A stretch of 64,000 nucleotides of DNA from Tubulanus polymorphus (taxonomy: Eukaryota; Animalia; Nemertea). Below the pieces are notes generated by a model that made no database searches, was not told the origin of the DNA, and saw only the letters and a list, made by a program, of their open reading frames with translations. A program made the position numbers and the translations under genes. Location: assembly GCF_964204645.1 (NCBI RefSeq), contig NC_134027.1, forward strand, positions 9,270,485 through 9,334,484, given 5' to 3'. How positions within the stretch are numbered: position 1 is the stretch's first letter; the number at the start of each line of letters is the position of its first letter. Shown here piece by piece: positions 25,411 through 39,441 of the stretch.

Positions 25411-25726
25411 CGCTGAGCTTTTTGAGGGGCAGTTCTATTTCAAGAACGAGGGTACTTTTTCAAAAGGGATGAAAAAGGGGTGGCACTTTCGTATTGAAAA
25501 GCGGAGATCTTCAAAATGTGTTTAATATGATCCTTTTGATAACCTGAACTTAAACAACGTCTCATTTATGATTTCTATGATTAGGATTACTTTTGATTTT
25601 CCAACAAAAAAAAACATGAAAATTGTATCCAAATTTCAAAAGATCTCGACCCGAATTCGTTGAGACCACTTTTTGAAGGGCACTTTGAAAATTTTAGGTT
25701 GGTCGTTCACTTTGCCCGAACCGAAA
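25411..25726 (+). repeat. Repeat family H copy
   Basis: Inverted match to 59929-60170 (ttgaagggcactttgaa / ttcaaagtgcccttcaa; aacatgaaaatt.tatccaaattt). Confidence 0.7.
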
Positions 25727-26479
25727 TTCTTATAAGGATGGAATCAATGGATTTTGCCTCCTCGGCGTTTTGATAATCAAAGCTTCAGAATTTATGTGAT
25801 AATGTTTATTCTGTGCCTTACGTGTTAATTTCGTAATACAATATATAATATATACACATACTATCAATCCGAAGAAAGATTTCTCGTCGTCGGTCATTTC
25901 GCCATCAACCTGTGGGTAAATAATGAGTCACAGACGTGCAGGCGATAAGTCGTCTGCAACAACGCAAAACCAGCGAGAAATAAGCCGCCGAGCGGCAAAT
26001 GCAATAAGGCGCAGCGATCATACTTTGATTTCCTGTCGTGACAGATTTTGTTGGATTTACCGAGGTGCTGATATACTGCCAGATCAGGCAGATTAAATAA
26101 TAATAACTTCAACACATCACATAACTTCAGGGCAACCATCAAGGCGGCCGCATCGCGACTCAATATACAATAAAGCGACGTGGTTTCATTTAGTTCACCG
26201 TCTGCTGAAGTCGTCTCCGCGCGTATTGAGAGAAAATTCGTGATCTTCTATTGTAATAATCGCTGTGTCAGGTTGAATTTGTACTTTCCCAACACTGCGA
26301 GGTAACGCCGATAGAAACCCCCAATTCGATTTTCTCATCAGTGTTACGTCGCAGATAAACTAAGCTGACAAGAAAAGTGGCTGATGCTGAAAGAAAAGCC
26401 GCACGCGTCCGTCCTCGAGTAACAAATATGCCGCCGAAGTTTCTAAATGAATATCAAATGAAAAATTTAAAACGTATAA

Positions 26480-26607
26480 CTCTGGCTAAGATTTCTGTTT
26501 GGCTAATAATGACTACATCTGAGCCGCGCTGTCGGGTTAATCAGGTAGGGTTTCGTGCCGTGGCAGTCTCGATGTCCTCGGGTTCGAATCCCTGTCGAGG
26601 GAGGATG
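26480..26607. mobile_element. MITE family D partial copy
   Basis: ttggctaataatgac...agggtttcgtgccgtggc...gggttcgaatccctg..gggaggatg terminus. Confidence 0.7.
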
Positions 26608-27270
26608 TGTGTAACTCCTATACGCATTCGGGAAATGGCTGTCACGCCGCTCGCTATCCATCTCTTTCTTCCGCACGCGACAAGCGCAATCATCAACGCC
26701 GATAGTTATAGTTTTCAAATTGCAATAACGTCGATATCGGTCCGATAACTCATCGGTGACGTTTATATCTTATTAATGAAAATCCTCACAATTTCGGCTC
26801 ATAAGGGTCGTAGTAATAAAACTCTCCTTGCTCGACACACTGTTTCGTTTAGCGATGGCAGCAAAATAGCGGCGTCGCATGCTTTTATGATATTGGTGAT
26901 TTATCACGGCGAAGATGAAATAGCTGAAATTGGTCATTAAAATGTCAAGGGAAATGTTTTATGCGCTATTTTCTACAAAATACTGGGAAAATTGAAAGAT
27001 GAATAGCGAATTATCAGTTGTTTTCATGCACTGATTATAACCGCGCAGCAGGATCATGGCGAGGTGTTGTGTTCGGTGCTCAGGTAACTGATGATACTGC
27101 ATTCATATGCCGCCTACTACTTATTGCCTGCAACAAATCTGAAACCTTCAATACCGTTAATCGACACAGACCATTCCTTTATTTCTCGCTTGATGCTAAC
27201 GACATAAGTATTAATGATATTTTTTTTCATCTTAAAATAGGGATTGATCCTGTTATTTATTTGGTTGGTA

Positions 27271-27372
27271 AATTTCGTTTGAATTTTCTGATTGAGTGTC
27301 CCTTACAAACCCACCACACCTGCCGGGAGCCGGGTTTGATTTTGAAATCGGAAATCGAAGTACAGCTATAGT
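27271..27372 (-). repeat. Repeat family C partial inverted copy
   Basis: gggtttgattttgaaatcggaaatcgaagtacag is the reverse complement of about 1467-1500. Confidence 0.75.
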
Positions 27373-29184
27373 ATTGATGATATTAATAGTAATAGTAATT
27401 CAATTTCCATAGCGCTCTTTTCACTGTGAAACAATGTTCAACGGCGCCTTCCATTGAATCAGTATCATTAACCCCAGCCTATGACACTAACTATTTATCT
27501 GATTCAGTCATCTCTCCCTGGAGAGAAGTAACATCCGAGCAGTTGTTGGGCGCTCAGGGGTCCGAAAAATATCTGCTTTTATTTCGGTGGTTTCTTCAAA
27601 TTGCGGCATCATTGTAAACGCACCCAAATATGCGAAAATACATCAAATTCACGAAGTTTTGTTGTCGAAACGTTGTTATTGCTCTGTCATGGTAAGCGCC
27701 CATTATGGTAAGCAGTGTATATATACCATGGAAACTACTGGGATCGTGTGCGATGTTAACATATATTTTCAGAACGTGTGACGAAATCAAATCATGAAAT
27801 CATGTTTTAACAACGTTCGTTATTTTGGCCTTAACCTATCCGTATTTTCTTTCGAAATTCCTTTCTCGAATGATTGATGTTTTATCAGAGGAGACGGGTC
27901 TATTTTCTGCGGTAATTTTTGCAATTCAAAACTCATTCTTACATTCCGTTTTTTTCTCGTCGGTGGTCGCGTTATTTCAAATATTTGCAGAATGCAAATG
28001 TTGAAAATTTCTAGGTATATTAATTATACAGTCCGCTCGTGTTTTTATAAACGCAATTTCGTTTGTTTGAAACTGACGCAGCTGTTTTACAGTAAGAAAC
28101 CTGTCAGCTCACCGATCCGAGAACTACACTAACCGCCATATTACGCTGAAGAATATCTCCAACGCACAAGAACGTTTACGCAAAAAATGCAGGCCTTCGG
28201 GAAAACGCCGACGGAAGTCTAAACGTATACGTTACTTCTGTCTGTCAATGAAATGTCAAGGTCACTTCGTTGATATTGGTGCAAAGTGGATTTGCCGATT
28301 AATCGCATACATTTGGTAATTGACATGCGTTTGAAATACTTCTTTGAAAGTAAACTGGATTTTGTGTCATTTCATTGAGCGGATTTTGTTACAGACTATC
28401 ATCATTTCTAGAAAAAAAGTACGTGGGAAACTTAACTGCTACCACCGAAACCTGTGCGCGATAAATCGTTCTATCTGGTATAAGAATAAAGAATCAAATC
28501 TAAAACAAAACATGCCTACGAATAAATGCGCCTACAGCAACCAAGTCTGTAGTGCTATAAAAAACCTCAAAATCCAATCATAATTTATCTAAATAATTCA
28601 AATTTCAATCGTCACCAATGTTTGGAAGAATTACGTTGATTTTTTAGAGCTGAGTAGAAAATCAACAAATGGATATCGCGATATTGCCATATTGTTTACC
28701 TTCTGCCGCAAATCCCGCAACATTGTGGATATATAGCAAACCAATATTATTCATTTTTACAAAACGTACTTTCTTGATTTGGCAGTTTCATTTTTGGAAT
28801 AACTATGTCATGGTAGACATAGATTTGATCTGCATAAATATAGCTTTTAAAATATCAGAGTTACATTTTTGAAAAATAGCATTTTATCAATCATTTTATA
28901 TCTGAGATTATTTTCTTGTTTCTCTTTGTACCATTTATGACTGCCAAGCCTAGTTACTCTGGTCTGAGAAGCTTTGTTCTCATAGTATCTTAAAGTCAAC
29001 AAACCACAACATTTGCCTAGATACTTAATGGTGACACTAATTACAAAGTTTGTTTTCTTGGCAATCTGGCATCTATCCGTTGTCAGAGCCCAAGTACCTG
29101 GATCCTCCAATCAGATGAATCTTTGCTAGATTGGGTTTGTAGGTGGAGCCAGAGTCATCAAGGTCCAGCTCAGGCCTAGCTGGG

Positions 29185-29741
29185 TTATTCTGACTTTGGA
29201 TTTCATCAAATAAACCCAATCTGCAATTAAAGATTCACTCTCGTATTTTCATTGGATTTTCAGGTAAGATATTTAGTACACTTTGTTATTCATAGTGTTT
29301 CCATTTATTACAACTTAGCTTAGGCCTAAAACAATATAGTATAATTTGTCTGCTATATTCTCGCCTCCCCCGAGTGAAGTATTCTACCGATCCTTATGGA
29401 TCTCCATTATTAAAGAAATCGAATGTAAATTAGAATTACAAATAACTGAAATTAGTTGCTTTAAACCATGCAAGACGCATATATTCGAATTACAAACTAA
29501 AACTTAAGCTGGCAATTTGAGTACTCTGTGTATATATATATACATATATATATTTATATAATTAGTCAACAAGGTGTTATGACGATATGATATATAATCT
29601 CAGTAATTATTAGTATAATCATGTATATTCAAATGTATAAACTATGACTTTTAATATCTTTTTATTCTGACTTTGGATTTCATCAAATAAACCCAATCTG
29701 CAATTAAAGATTCACTCTCGTATTTTCATTGGATTTTCAGG
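29185..29741 (+). repeat. Exact 80-bp direct repeat (29185-29264 and 29662-29741)
   Basis: ttattctgactttggatttcatcaaataaacccaatctgcaattaaagattcactctcgtattttcattggattttcagg occurs twice, 477 bp apart. Confidence 0.95.
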
Positions 29742-29968
29742 AATTTCAGGATCACAAAACATAATTATAACCGCGGTGGTTCATCCCAAAAACCTCCGCA
29801 TTAAAGATACATTGATTACACAACTCATGAAAATAGTACTAAATGCTTGCACTTGTTTCGTTTTTGTTTCATTTACGGGTAATTTATCTCAAAGCTGTGG
29901 GTTCTTTCTGAATGTAGATGTAATTCACAGACTGTATTCGCGTTAGCTTTAGGGAAAATGTCATAGAT

Positions 29969-30078
29969 ATCGGCGTTTTTGGTCGAGCATCGGTGTTTTT
30001 GGTCGAGCCTAATTTGGCACGGGCAAAACTTAGAGGATGCCTGACTTCAAGAACTTTTCCTGATTAGGATCTGACCAA
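29969..30078 (+). repeat. Repeat family B partial copy
   Basis: tttttggtcgagcc.aatttggcacgggc.aaa.ttagaggatgcctgac.tcaagaac.tttcctgat.aggatctgaccaa matches about 34113-34197. Confidence 0.8.
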
Positions 30079-30643
30079 CGATGAGAATTACATGTACTTT
30101 TACACCAAATTAAGCCTTATTCGCGATTAAATGTATGATTTGATTTATTCGTTTTTTTAAAGCTTTCAATGTAAGTAAAGAGCATTATTATTCAAAAAGA
30201 AAGCCGTGTCATAAGTTCTGTTCGCTTTTGCTCTCTAAGGACGATCGTAGTTTCTGGCGGAGTCGACTGACTGCTGTGACGGCAGACTTTTACTTCATCT
30301 AAACGCTCTCTAATGGAAGAACCGTTAATAATTCACCAGTTCACGGCAAGCTGTCTCGAAACATCCGTCAGCTAAATAAGTAATTACTCGACGCGTGTTT
30401 TCGATGCTTCTTCTGCTTACCTTTGACATCGCTGATCTTCGCCCCGGCGAAGATTTCATCCGCTTTTCAATCTTGAATGCCGGCACGAAACAAATAACTC
30501 ATTACGAATGTAACACCTTTCGTCAAAAGGTTAGATAGAATACGTTGACGTTTTCAAACTTCTCGGTCATAGACATGAGGTATGACGTAGTCTTGGTTTA
30601 TATTTCACATGTTTGTGCTGTTAATTAAGCTGTGATTCAAAGG

Positions 30644-30952
30644 CAATGGTGCACTCGCGCAGCTATTGTGGCAATCGAGGATTCCACGTATGGCAGGCGA
30701 GGATCCACCCGATGTCGCTAGTAGATAGTCGGTATTCCCACTTTTGATTTATCCTATATTACTTTTCTATTAAATGAATCAATTATAAATGAAACTATGC
30801 CGACGTTTGAATAGAATGATTCATTTATTGTATAATTGGTGGGTGCATGAATAATATATGGATTCGGGAGTCAAAAATCCACTTTTGACAACTGAAGACC
30901 TTTTACCCGTCACGCCATCTGGTGAGACAGCTGGCTATGCGGATCCCCATTG
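30644..30952 (+). mobile_element. MITE family E copy (CAATGG...CCATTG ends)
   Basis: Short TIR caatgg/ccattg; homologous to 13968-14285. Confidence 0.75.
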
Positions 30953-31505
30953 TAAAGTATGATTTTCAATGAAAATCACACCAATGGACTGTAATAATTG
31001 CTAAGTAATTAACGAACTATTTTGGTTCAAATTTCACATCGGAGATTTTTGCTAATGATAGCACCAAAATATGTAGGGCATTCATCGCGGTAATTAATTG
31101 ATACACACGTATCAATGACTTTGATTGATCCATCGACCGTTACTTTTTTTTACTGCGCCATAAAATGATACAACCATAACCAGTATCGTTCGCAATGTTT
31201 TACAATGGCGTGGCATATTCGTGCCGAAGCCAATGCTCCTCGATCGCTTGCTACCCGCAGACTTGTCACCAAAGTTAAAAAACCTATTTACAGTTGAGAT
31301 GATTGATCGCAAAAACAATGTATCGGTAACAACGCTAAGCCGGGGAGAACTGACGTGCCACACAATCACATCATTAACGGATCTGTTATTTGATATCATA
31401 ATCCACCCTCTAAAAAATGCGCTTACAATTAATACCATTCATACGCGGCAAATCACCGAGTGTGCAATGTACATAATTTTAACTAAAACCGGTCTGTGTT
31501 CGGAC

Positions 31506-31966
31506 TTTTTGACGCCGTAAAAACCTTTACAATAGTGTTCATATTAGTACATTGATACCTAGTATCAGAAATACACAATTGACGTAACTTTATGTATTTC
31601 TGCTAGTACGCGTTACATAAGGGGTTCTATGTGAGTCGATGTGCACTACGTCATCAATATTGGCGTTTCAAAATTAGAATTACAATTGTGAGTTTTGGCG
31701 TTTGATTTCTAATAGAATTGATTTCACGACTCTTATTTTATTTTTAATGAATTCTAATGATTGTTTTTAGAGGATGTGCGCTACGTCCTCAATATATCAA
31801 GGTTCGACTGGTTGCCGGTCAATTCAATTTGATAATCGAGACATTAAAATCCAAAATAACTTTATTGATCCTGATTTTTATCACATTATTTATTGTCGAC
31901 AATATCAAGCGATATATGTGTTACTTATCGAGGCGCCAATAAACTTTCCAGTTAGTTTTATTGTTT
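31506..31966 (-). mobile_element. Repeat family A copy 4 (inverted)
   Basis: Starts tttttgacgccgtaaaaacc (reverse complement of the family 3' end); contains gatgtgcactacgtcatcaata. Confidence 0.8.
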
Positions 31967-33882
31967 GATATATTCGACTTGGCGTACGATAACAAATTGC
32001 ACACATCGAGCTGATGACGTCATTCATATACATATACGTCACGAATGAATGGGTATTATGCGGAAAGCAAAGTATAAGTTGTTGAGAAAATAAGAAACCA
32101 GCTCATTCTACAATCGATCGGGTTAGTTGGTGCGAAAGTATCCAATCAACCTACGAATAAGCGAATCGCTGCCTGCTTCCAGTGACTTCGTTACTAGTTA
32201 CCTCGAAAGTAGGTCGAATCGCCATCATATTCGCTTCGATTCGCGTCGCCATCAGCCGTAATATATGATCTATCATCATAAACCAATTCGAACGTTGTTG
32301 GCTCGAAGAGATGCGCTGATAAATGGGAACCAACCGATCGGTAAATTTGCGTGATTTCGTCGTCTTTTTACGCCATCAACGGTATCGTCACGATTAATTT
32401 CGCCCGTCTTAACGGAAACAGAATAAAATCCGACGCGAAAAAATACGACAGCGCGCATATGAATGAATGAATGCGCGCAGCTAGAAAGTCGACGTCTCCC
32501 CCAGTCGTCATCTTTTATTAGACGCCATTTTTTTCATTCTAATTTGCGCTTGTTTTCAATGAACTCGAGCGTCGATTTAACTTTGAAATGAGGCGCGTTC
32601 GTGCTGAAAAGCGCTGAATGCGACAAGGAATTCGTGTAACTCCGCAACTGCGAACACGATCAAGCCGATTCAATAATAGATTCTCTTCGCACGTTTAGCT
32701 TCGCGATCTATTCACTCGCCGGAGCGCGCACTTTTTGTTTTCATTTCCCCGATGAAAAGAAAAAATTAAATCCAGAAAAATATTGACGTGATTACCGTCG
32801 TCAAATAGACTGGATTCGAATCAATCATTCTTTGCCACAATGTCAGATTATCGAATTAGACGAATCGATTGAGAAAAAAACGAATCAGTCCGCGGAGATT
32901 CGGATTAAATGTTCAGTGCATTAGCAAATGGCTGAAACGTACTTTAAACAATGCTGAGAAAAGACTTCTCGACAGTGAGTACGTGTGATGTGAAAAAAAT
33001 GTCTTTCATACCACTCCGTTAGAAAATGTCAATCAAACTTTGTGCGGGCGATCGATTTTTGAGGGGATATGACGTATATCATATCGAAAGAGGCTACGGG
33101 GAAAATTTGCATACATACCGAGAGAGTAGATAATGCATTGTATTCGTATAATTTGCACTGACAAGACATGTCGGACGCAATTGACAGTACCATCCATCAA
33201 TCAGTGTTTGAGATTCACTAAACTCCATCATCGGTTCGTGGACAACCGTTCTTTGGGTTTTATCGTCTGGTATAATGTCTTAACGATCGATATATCCGGA
33301 GACGGCCATCAATGACAGAAGACATCTCGGTGGCGAGTTCCTTTTCTTCTGTACACAATGTTTTCCGAATACTCAATGAGAAAATGGACTTTTGGCCGTA
33401 TTGTAATCCGGTGATAAATTAATCGGATCAGAAGCGTGTACGCCGATTCTTCGGGCTAAATTGCTATGTTATTCTCATATCAAATTCCGGATAGTGCGCT
33501 AGAACTTGTGATCGTTTTGCTTAAATCCACCGATACTTATCGTAGTAATCATCTTCTATTGATTATCTAGACATTTTTGTTATTTGCTGGATTTTCTGTT
33601 TGTAAATGTCTCTGCCGGTCTTAAGTCCGTGTATCGTCGTCAGCACGGAATACCGAGCTACGTCTTACTAATTCATATCCATTCACTAATTTGTTTTTAC
33701 CCCCAAAGGAATATGGGCCAAACTCATCCGGAAATTCCCTTCGACCGGTTCGATGGATACCAACACAAAACTAGGGTTCTGCCGTCCGATATCCATTCAT
33801 TCAGTAACTGTCTCCCCCGAGGCTGAAAATTGCGGTTTCTTTTATACAAACTGATGGTACGTCATCGTCGTAGTCATTCAGT

Positions 33883-34200
33883 AGCCGCGATCACACGGAG
33901 ACGATTTGGTCCGCGCCAAATTGGCACAGATCAGGTCCGAGTCAAATTTGGCCCTTGCCTTATAATTATAGAGAATGCGCGTTCACACGCAAAGCAATCG
34001 CTCGTTACTATCCAATGCTTAAACAAAGCGAATACAATCGTTTCGGGAACCAGTTGCAATTCACACGCAATAATTTGATCCGTGTTAAAACTTGGCTCGG
34101 GTCAGATCGGACGTTTTTGGTCGAGCCAAATTTGGCACGGGCCAAATTTAGAGGATGCCTGACCTCAAGAACCTTTTCCTGATAAGGATCTGACCAAGAT
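33883..34200 (+). mobile_element. Repeat family B copy (Harbinger-like start agccgcgatcacacg)
   Basis: Aligns with 2741-2990 and 29969-30078; superfamily assignment tentative. Confidence 0.72.
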
Positions 34201-36700
34201 GAACGATGGTCACTGACGTCAAAGAGTCTTGCCTTTTTATCACGTGTTGCGATGTATTCATTATTCATCACCCTACTATAGGACACGTTTAATCATCATA
34301 GTGTTGGGAGTGATGATAAAATGAAATCTAGGTTGATTCAATTTAATTTAATTTAACCCGAGCAATAAAGTTATGTAAGGTCATCTATGACTGAGCTAAC
34401 CAAGTAGAAGGTTCGCGAAAGAAAGACCAAATATTCTAGGTGTTTGAATTTAGTAGGAAATTAAGAAAAACCATCGTCATTGATCGTGAATACAAAATTG
34501 AATTATTCTTTTTACAGGGGAATGTGCGCGGCGGTTATGAATCTAAAAATAAATGAAAAGCCATTAAATGCGCGAAAGACGAATTACATATATCATCCTG
34601 CACATTAAACACAATTTTCGCTTTCATGTGGGAGTACGTTGAAGGAAAATCCGATTTATACTCGCCCGCCGTCATCCCCGAGAGATTTCCTCGTGCGCGC
34701 GACACGGCATCGAGAGGGAAAAAAGAGCCGTTGAAAAACCGGAACCGGAATACGCGCCGCCACACCGATAACAAGATATCGCGGCCTTAAATCGATCGCA
34801 TGACGTTGCTGAGTGAAACAGAAAGAATTATTTCGTACTAGAGATTATCGCGCTTCTCGAAAGAAGACAAATGTTCGTTCGGTATCGATACATCGACTAA
34901 GATATGAAATCTACGGGAAACAGTACGCCAGTTGGTACGTGACAGTACATAACCGTTTCTTGTAATGCGCATTACGATCAGTGGCCGCAATTCAATATCT
35001 GAGAGTAAAAAGTCGTAAAGCGGAGAATATGACGACTGTGATTTAAATAGACATTTTGCTCGCGGTTTCAGTTTTTGCCGCGGAAAGGGGCTTAGATTAT
35101 CTAGTAATCTTTTTCCTCATTGTTCTGTTTTGCCTCGGAATTTTCCCAAGAAAGAAATTAACATACGTTTGAATATACGTATTTCAACGTTATGCGGCTG
35201 CAAAGCCCTGGCTGCTATACGAATGTACTAAGCTTTATAACACTATTTGATTGAAATTCGCTTCCTATGAAAAGGCTGCTGATATTTCGGTTTCTGTTCT
35301 TTTGAGATCTAAACCGATGGTACTTTACAGAATGCCTTTGATCCTAACGTAGACAGATTATGGATTTAATTTTTATGATGGATAGAATTGCTATATTCAG
35401 ATGCAGGGGCTGCGAATCACTTTGATATGCTTTCTGATTCCCCAGTCAAAACTCGTCGTAACTAAAGCTCATTTTGAATCTAAAAAATTGCCATTATCTA
35501 TCTATCGTCCTGACTGCAAGTCTTAATTCTAACCTCTATGAGAGGTTATTTTTACATTTTTTTATTGAAACAATCATAATCATAAAATCGGCAAAAGTTG
35601 TCGAGATAGACCTTGATATCAAATTGAATTTGATATTTTCTTTGATATCCCCTGGAGGTTTCGCTTTGGTATCAAAGGGTTTGCATGGTAATGATGATGG
35701 GGCTGAAAATCCGTTATCGCTGCTTTGTAGCTTTATTAGAAGTTGCCGACTGAAAATCGGTTCACAAACTTGACTTTCGTGAATATTCCAAGTGTCATCC
35801 TCAGAGGGGGAAACGGACCCTAACTGACAATTTTATCAGCAATATCTGCGTACATGGCATAATTATGGCAACGTAATCCAATATCGCCGTTAGTAATGGA
35901 CACTCACGGAAACCGCTATTATTGCCATTTGCGACTAGAAACGTCAGTCGAAAGGTCACCTCACCACCGACGCGCACACTGCAGATTTTCATCATTTATT
36001 TTGCGATTGAAAATGATAGCTTCACACAAAGTATATCGGATGGTGGTGGCGTAATTTAGATTCGGTGACGAACTATTTGCCGAAGGTAATTGGTTTTGTG
36101 AGCATGCAAAATATCATCGCGTGATAAAACATTCCGCATCTCGATGAGACCACCGTTGACTGGATCAATGCACTACGTTTGAAAGATTTTCACAAAATTG
36201 TTTTTTACACAAAAGCCAAAAAAAGTTCTTGCGGTTGTCGGAGGTGCTGCGTTTAATTCAATAAAATCCCTACATTGATTGTATTTGACAAGCCACCCAC
36301 AATTCATCCGAAATTACAAAACTATATTTGAATTGTGTTAATTACTTCCTGCAAGCAAGTCGCCCCGACTCTTCATTTTGTTTCATGCAATTAAATATGA
36401 TTTATATTCCTAAACCATTCTGCTGAATTACTAATGCTTCTTTTATTCTAGTCAACACGCGGGACGATCAACTCAAAGGACTTCTACATCAACACACGGG
36501 AAAGAATCTACGATAAACTTTCTGACTATCTACACGTGGAAAACGACCAAAAAAAATTTAAAAAAACGGACCAAATGATCTACAGCCTTGTATGAAGTAT
36601 AGTTATTTCCAAAATTTCGATGTATCAAATTAGGTAACCAACAAAGTTGACCCTAATCAGTCGCTTGCCGGTTAAAGCTGGTTGGAAGCTTGATCGATTA

Positions 36701-36890
36701 AACCGGAACCGAAATTTCCAATTATCTACTTCGATTTAAACAAAACAATTCTTTTTTGGACCGCTGATCACTTAACTATATCTGTAATTCGATTTACGAC
36801 TTCAAAATCAAACCCCCTGTTTCGATCCCGGCTGATGTGGTGGGTTTGTAATGCCAAGGGACACCAAATCAAAACAAATCAAACGAAATC
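36701..36890 (+). repeat. Repeat family C copy
   Basis: Collinear with 1387-1554. Confidence 0.8.
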
Positions 36891-39441
36891 TACACACACG
36901 GGAATCACACTAGGATCAATTCCTATTTAAGATTCAAAAACAAATTTCAAAGCCCACTAAGTCTCCCCATTTCATTCGTCCTACATAATACCCCACATTA
37001 TATGGTACATTGGTAACTAACGTTATGAAACCGCATTTTGTTTACGCCCATCAGAAGAAGAAAACACCCAACGTTCGAATCCTTGGGAAGATGTATTCCG
37101 GCACGTCGACGCATAAACTTCATTAAATTGGAAAAGAAATGCGCGACTGTTTCGCTTTGATCTGTTCCTGGTAAAAGAGACCTCCACGCGGAATTAGAAT
37201 GGAAATGAAAATTCTGATTGAAATCGCATTGCTCATTTCACCTATTTGACCTGCAGTAATGCACTCGCTCTTCTCCGCTCGCCTGGCATGTTATCGCGCG
37301 CGACAAACGAATCAAAACGTGTACATCCCCCGCTGCCTGATTATACCAGGGAATGCCCGAGATTTTTACGAGGCTTCATCAACGAGCGACGGTAATGGCA
37401 ATATTATTCCAATCGAGTTTTTAAGTCGATTTTCATCAGAATCGGCTATTAATGAACCAATTGCTGCAATTGACTTAAGCGCACGTTCTTCTATTGATGT
37501 AATTCGGCGTGAAATACTATCGTTTCAGATGTAGATCAACTACATCTAGAAATCAAAGCTTTCCAGTTTCAGTTCCAGTTTAGTCTATTTGCCAGCCAAC
37601 AAATACAATTGCGCAGAGCACAAAACGTATCAATTCTCCATAATGAATATTCTTAGGTGTAGAATGGTCACGCTCAAACACGTAGATGAGATTATAAGAC
37701 AGAAACCCACTATGTTCAAATTCATCATTCAAAATGTATCCTCTGATTATTTTCAATTTTTTGAATAATTACTTCTGTTCTTCGATTTGTATCTAGTGGG
37801 TTTATCATATATTCTTCGTTCGCTTTTTCGATGTCACTTAAGTTTTCACACATAGTTCTCCATAGGAAGAAAATTCCGATAATCTAGCCCAAAAAGATTA
37901 AATGGAATTCCGTACCTCATTAGCTGGAGAAATTGAATTCGCTATCTGCATTTTAAAGTGCTCTGAACCGATGATTTGGTTCCAGCGAAGAGGTACAGAG
38001 TGCAAAAAAAGATTGAGACGCGAAAAGAGCGTAGAGTGCAAGAAAGATTGAGATGCCATCAGGGAAAAATCAATACGATAGAATTAAACAGTTTTAGTTA
38101 CGCAAGTATTCGTGCAATGTAAAACGCGCCGGTGATTTTTCGCTACTTTTTAGAGAGCAACTTCGTCGTCGCCACGCTGCAGATTAATTAGAACGAAGAC
38201 GACACGAGGAAGTAGTGTTCGCGTTAATTAACAGTGTACCGAAGGGAGCACTCCTCTCTCGTTTGCCATCCGGAGATACGGGCGGGCGGTAATACGCGCG
38301 AGTAAAAAATCCCGAGCCATATCGTAATGATTATACTTTTAACGACGTGTGCGATGAAGCATTTCGAAACAATATTGTGAAGACTAATTATGAACGATGC
38401 GAGAAACGACGATACCCTATGTGGCCGTGACTTGTTGCACTAACCGTTGATTTTTTCCTCTCCGGCGCCTCTCGTCAATTACAAAGACGTTCATTTCTTA
38501 ACGTATATATTATCATAGCGAGTTTAATTACCTTGCAGTACTACTATGCTATCCGAATATCGCATATGCGCATGAAATATCGAGGCAAAACAACATCGAT
38601 CCCCATTGGTTGTTATCAATTTCAAAGTAATCCTTTGTGATTATGAAAAATAATCCCATCACTGACGAATGCTATACGTCCTTCGTGGCCAGAATATTTC
38701 CGAGCAGTCTCGAGTTATTTTCGAAATTTTCTTAAAGTACGTAACGCATGTACCCCATTCGACAGGAATCATCCAAGTGATAAAGCGATATTTCATACCG
38801 AATTGCTGTAGATAAAAATAAGGAGTATACCTGACACCGGGAATATTCGTCATCTATAATGTAAGCGTTTTGACGTGCAAATGAATAATGGAAACGTGAA
38901 GCAAAAAAATTCCGACGCGGACAAAAAATAAGCTAAAGCTAAATCGGCATCATGGTGTAATGAATGCTGGTTCAGGTATTAATTCGGTAACGTAATGACG
39001 GTATCGCATGGCATCGATCGGGCTGACAGATTGTGACAAACTTGCCACCAGGCTGATCGCTTTTTTCCGTGTCCTGTCAACGGAGAAAAAAATCACCGCG
39101 CCGTCCAGTATCCGTATATTCAATAAACCCAGCTGTCACATATAGCGTCCCTAATTGAATACCAAACGAGATATTTATACCTGTGCGCACTGTCGCCCGT
39201 GATAATCATTATTACATGATTATCCTGGCGATAATGGGTATATGCTATATACCCGACGGCGAAGTATCTTTTTGAGTCTGAATTAGCGACGAGATCGGAG
39301 ATATTGTCATTCTTTTTTTCCTGTTCATCGTGAATAACTACTTCAACTCAAGATACACCGAATAGACATCATTCGCATATTGAGCTGTTCAGCCCTCGTT
39401 TTTTCTGTCTTGTTATGGCTGCTGATCAGATGTTAGCGGTC

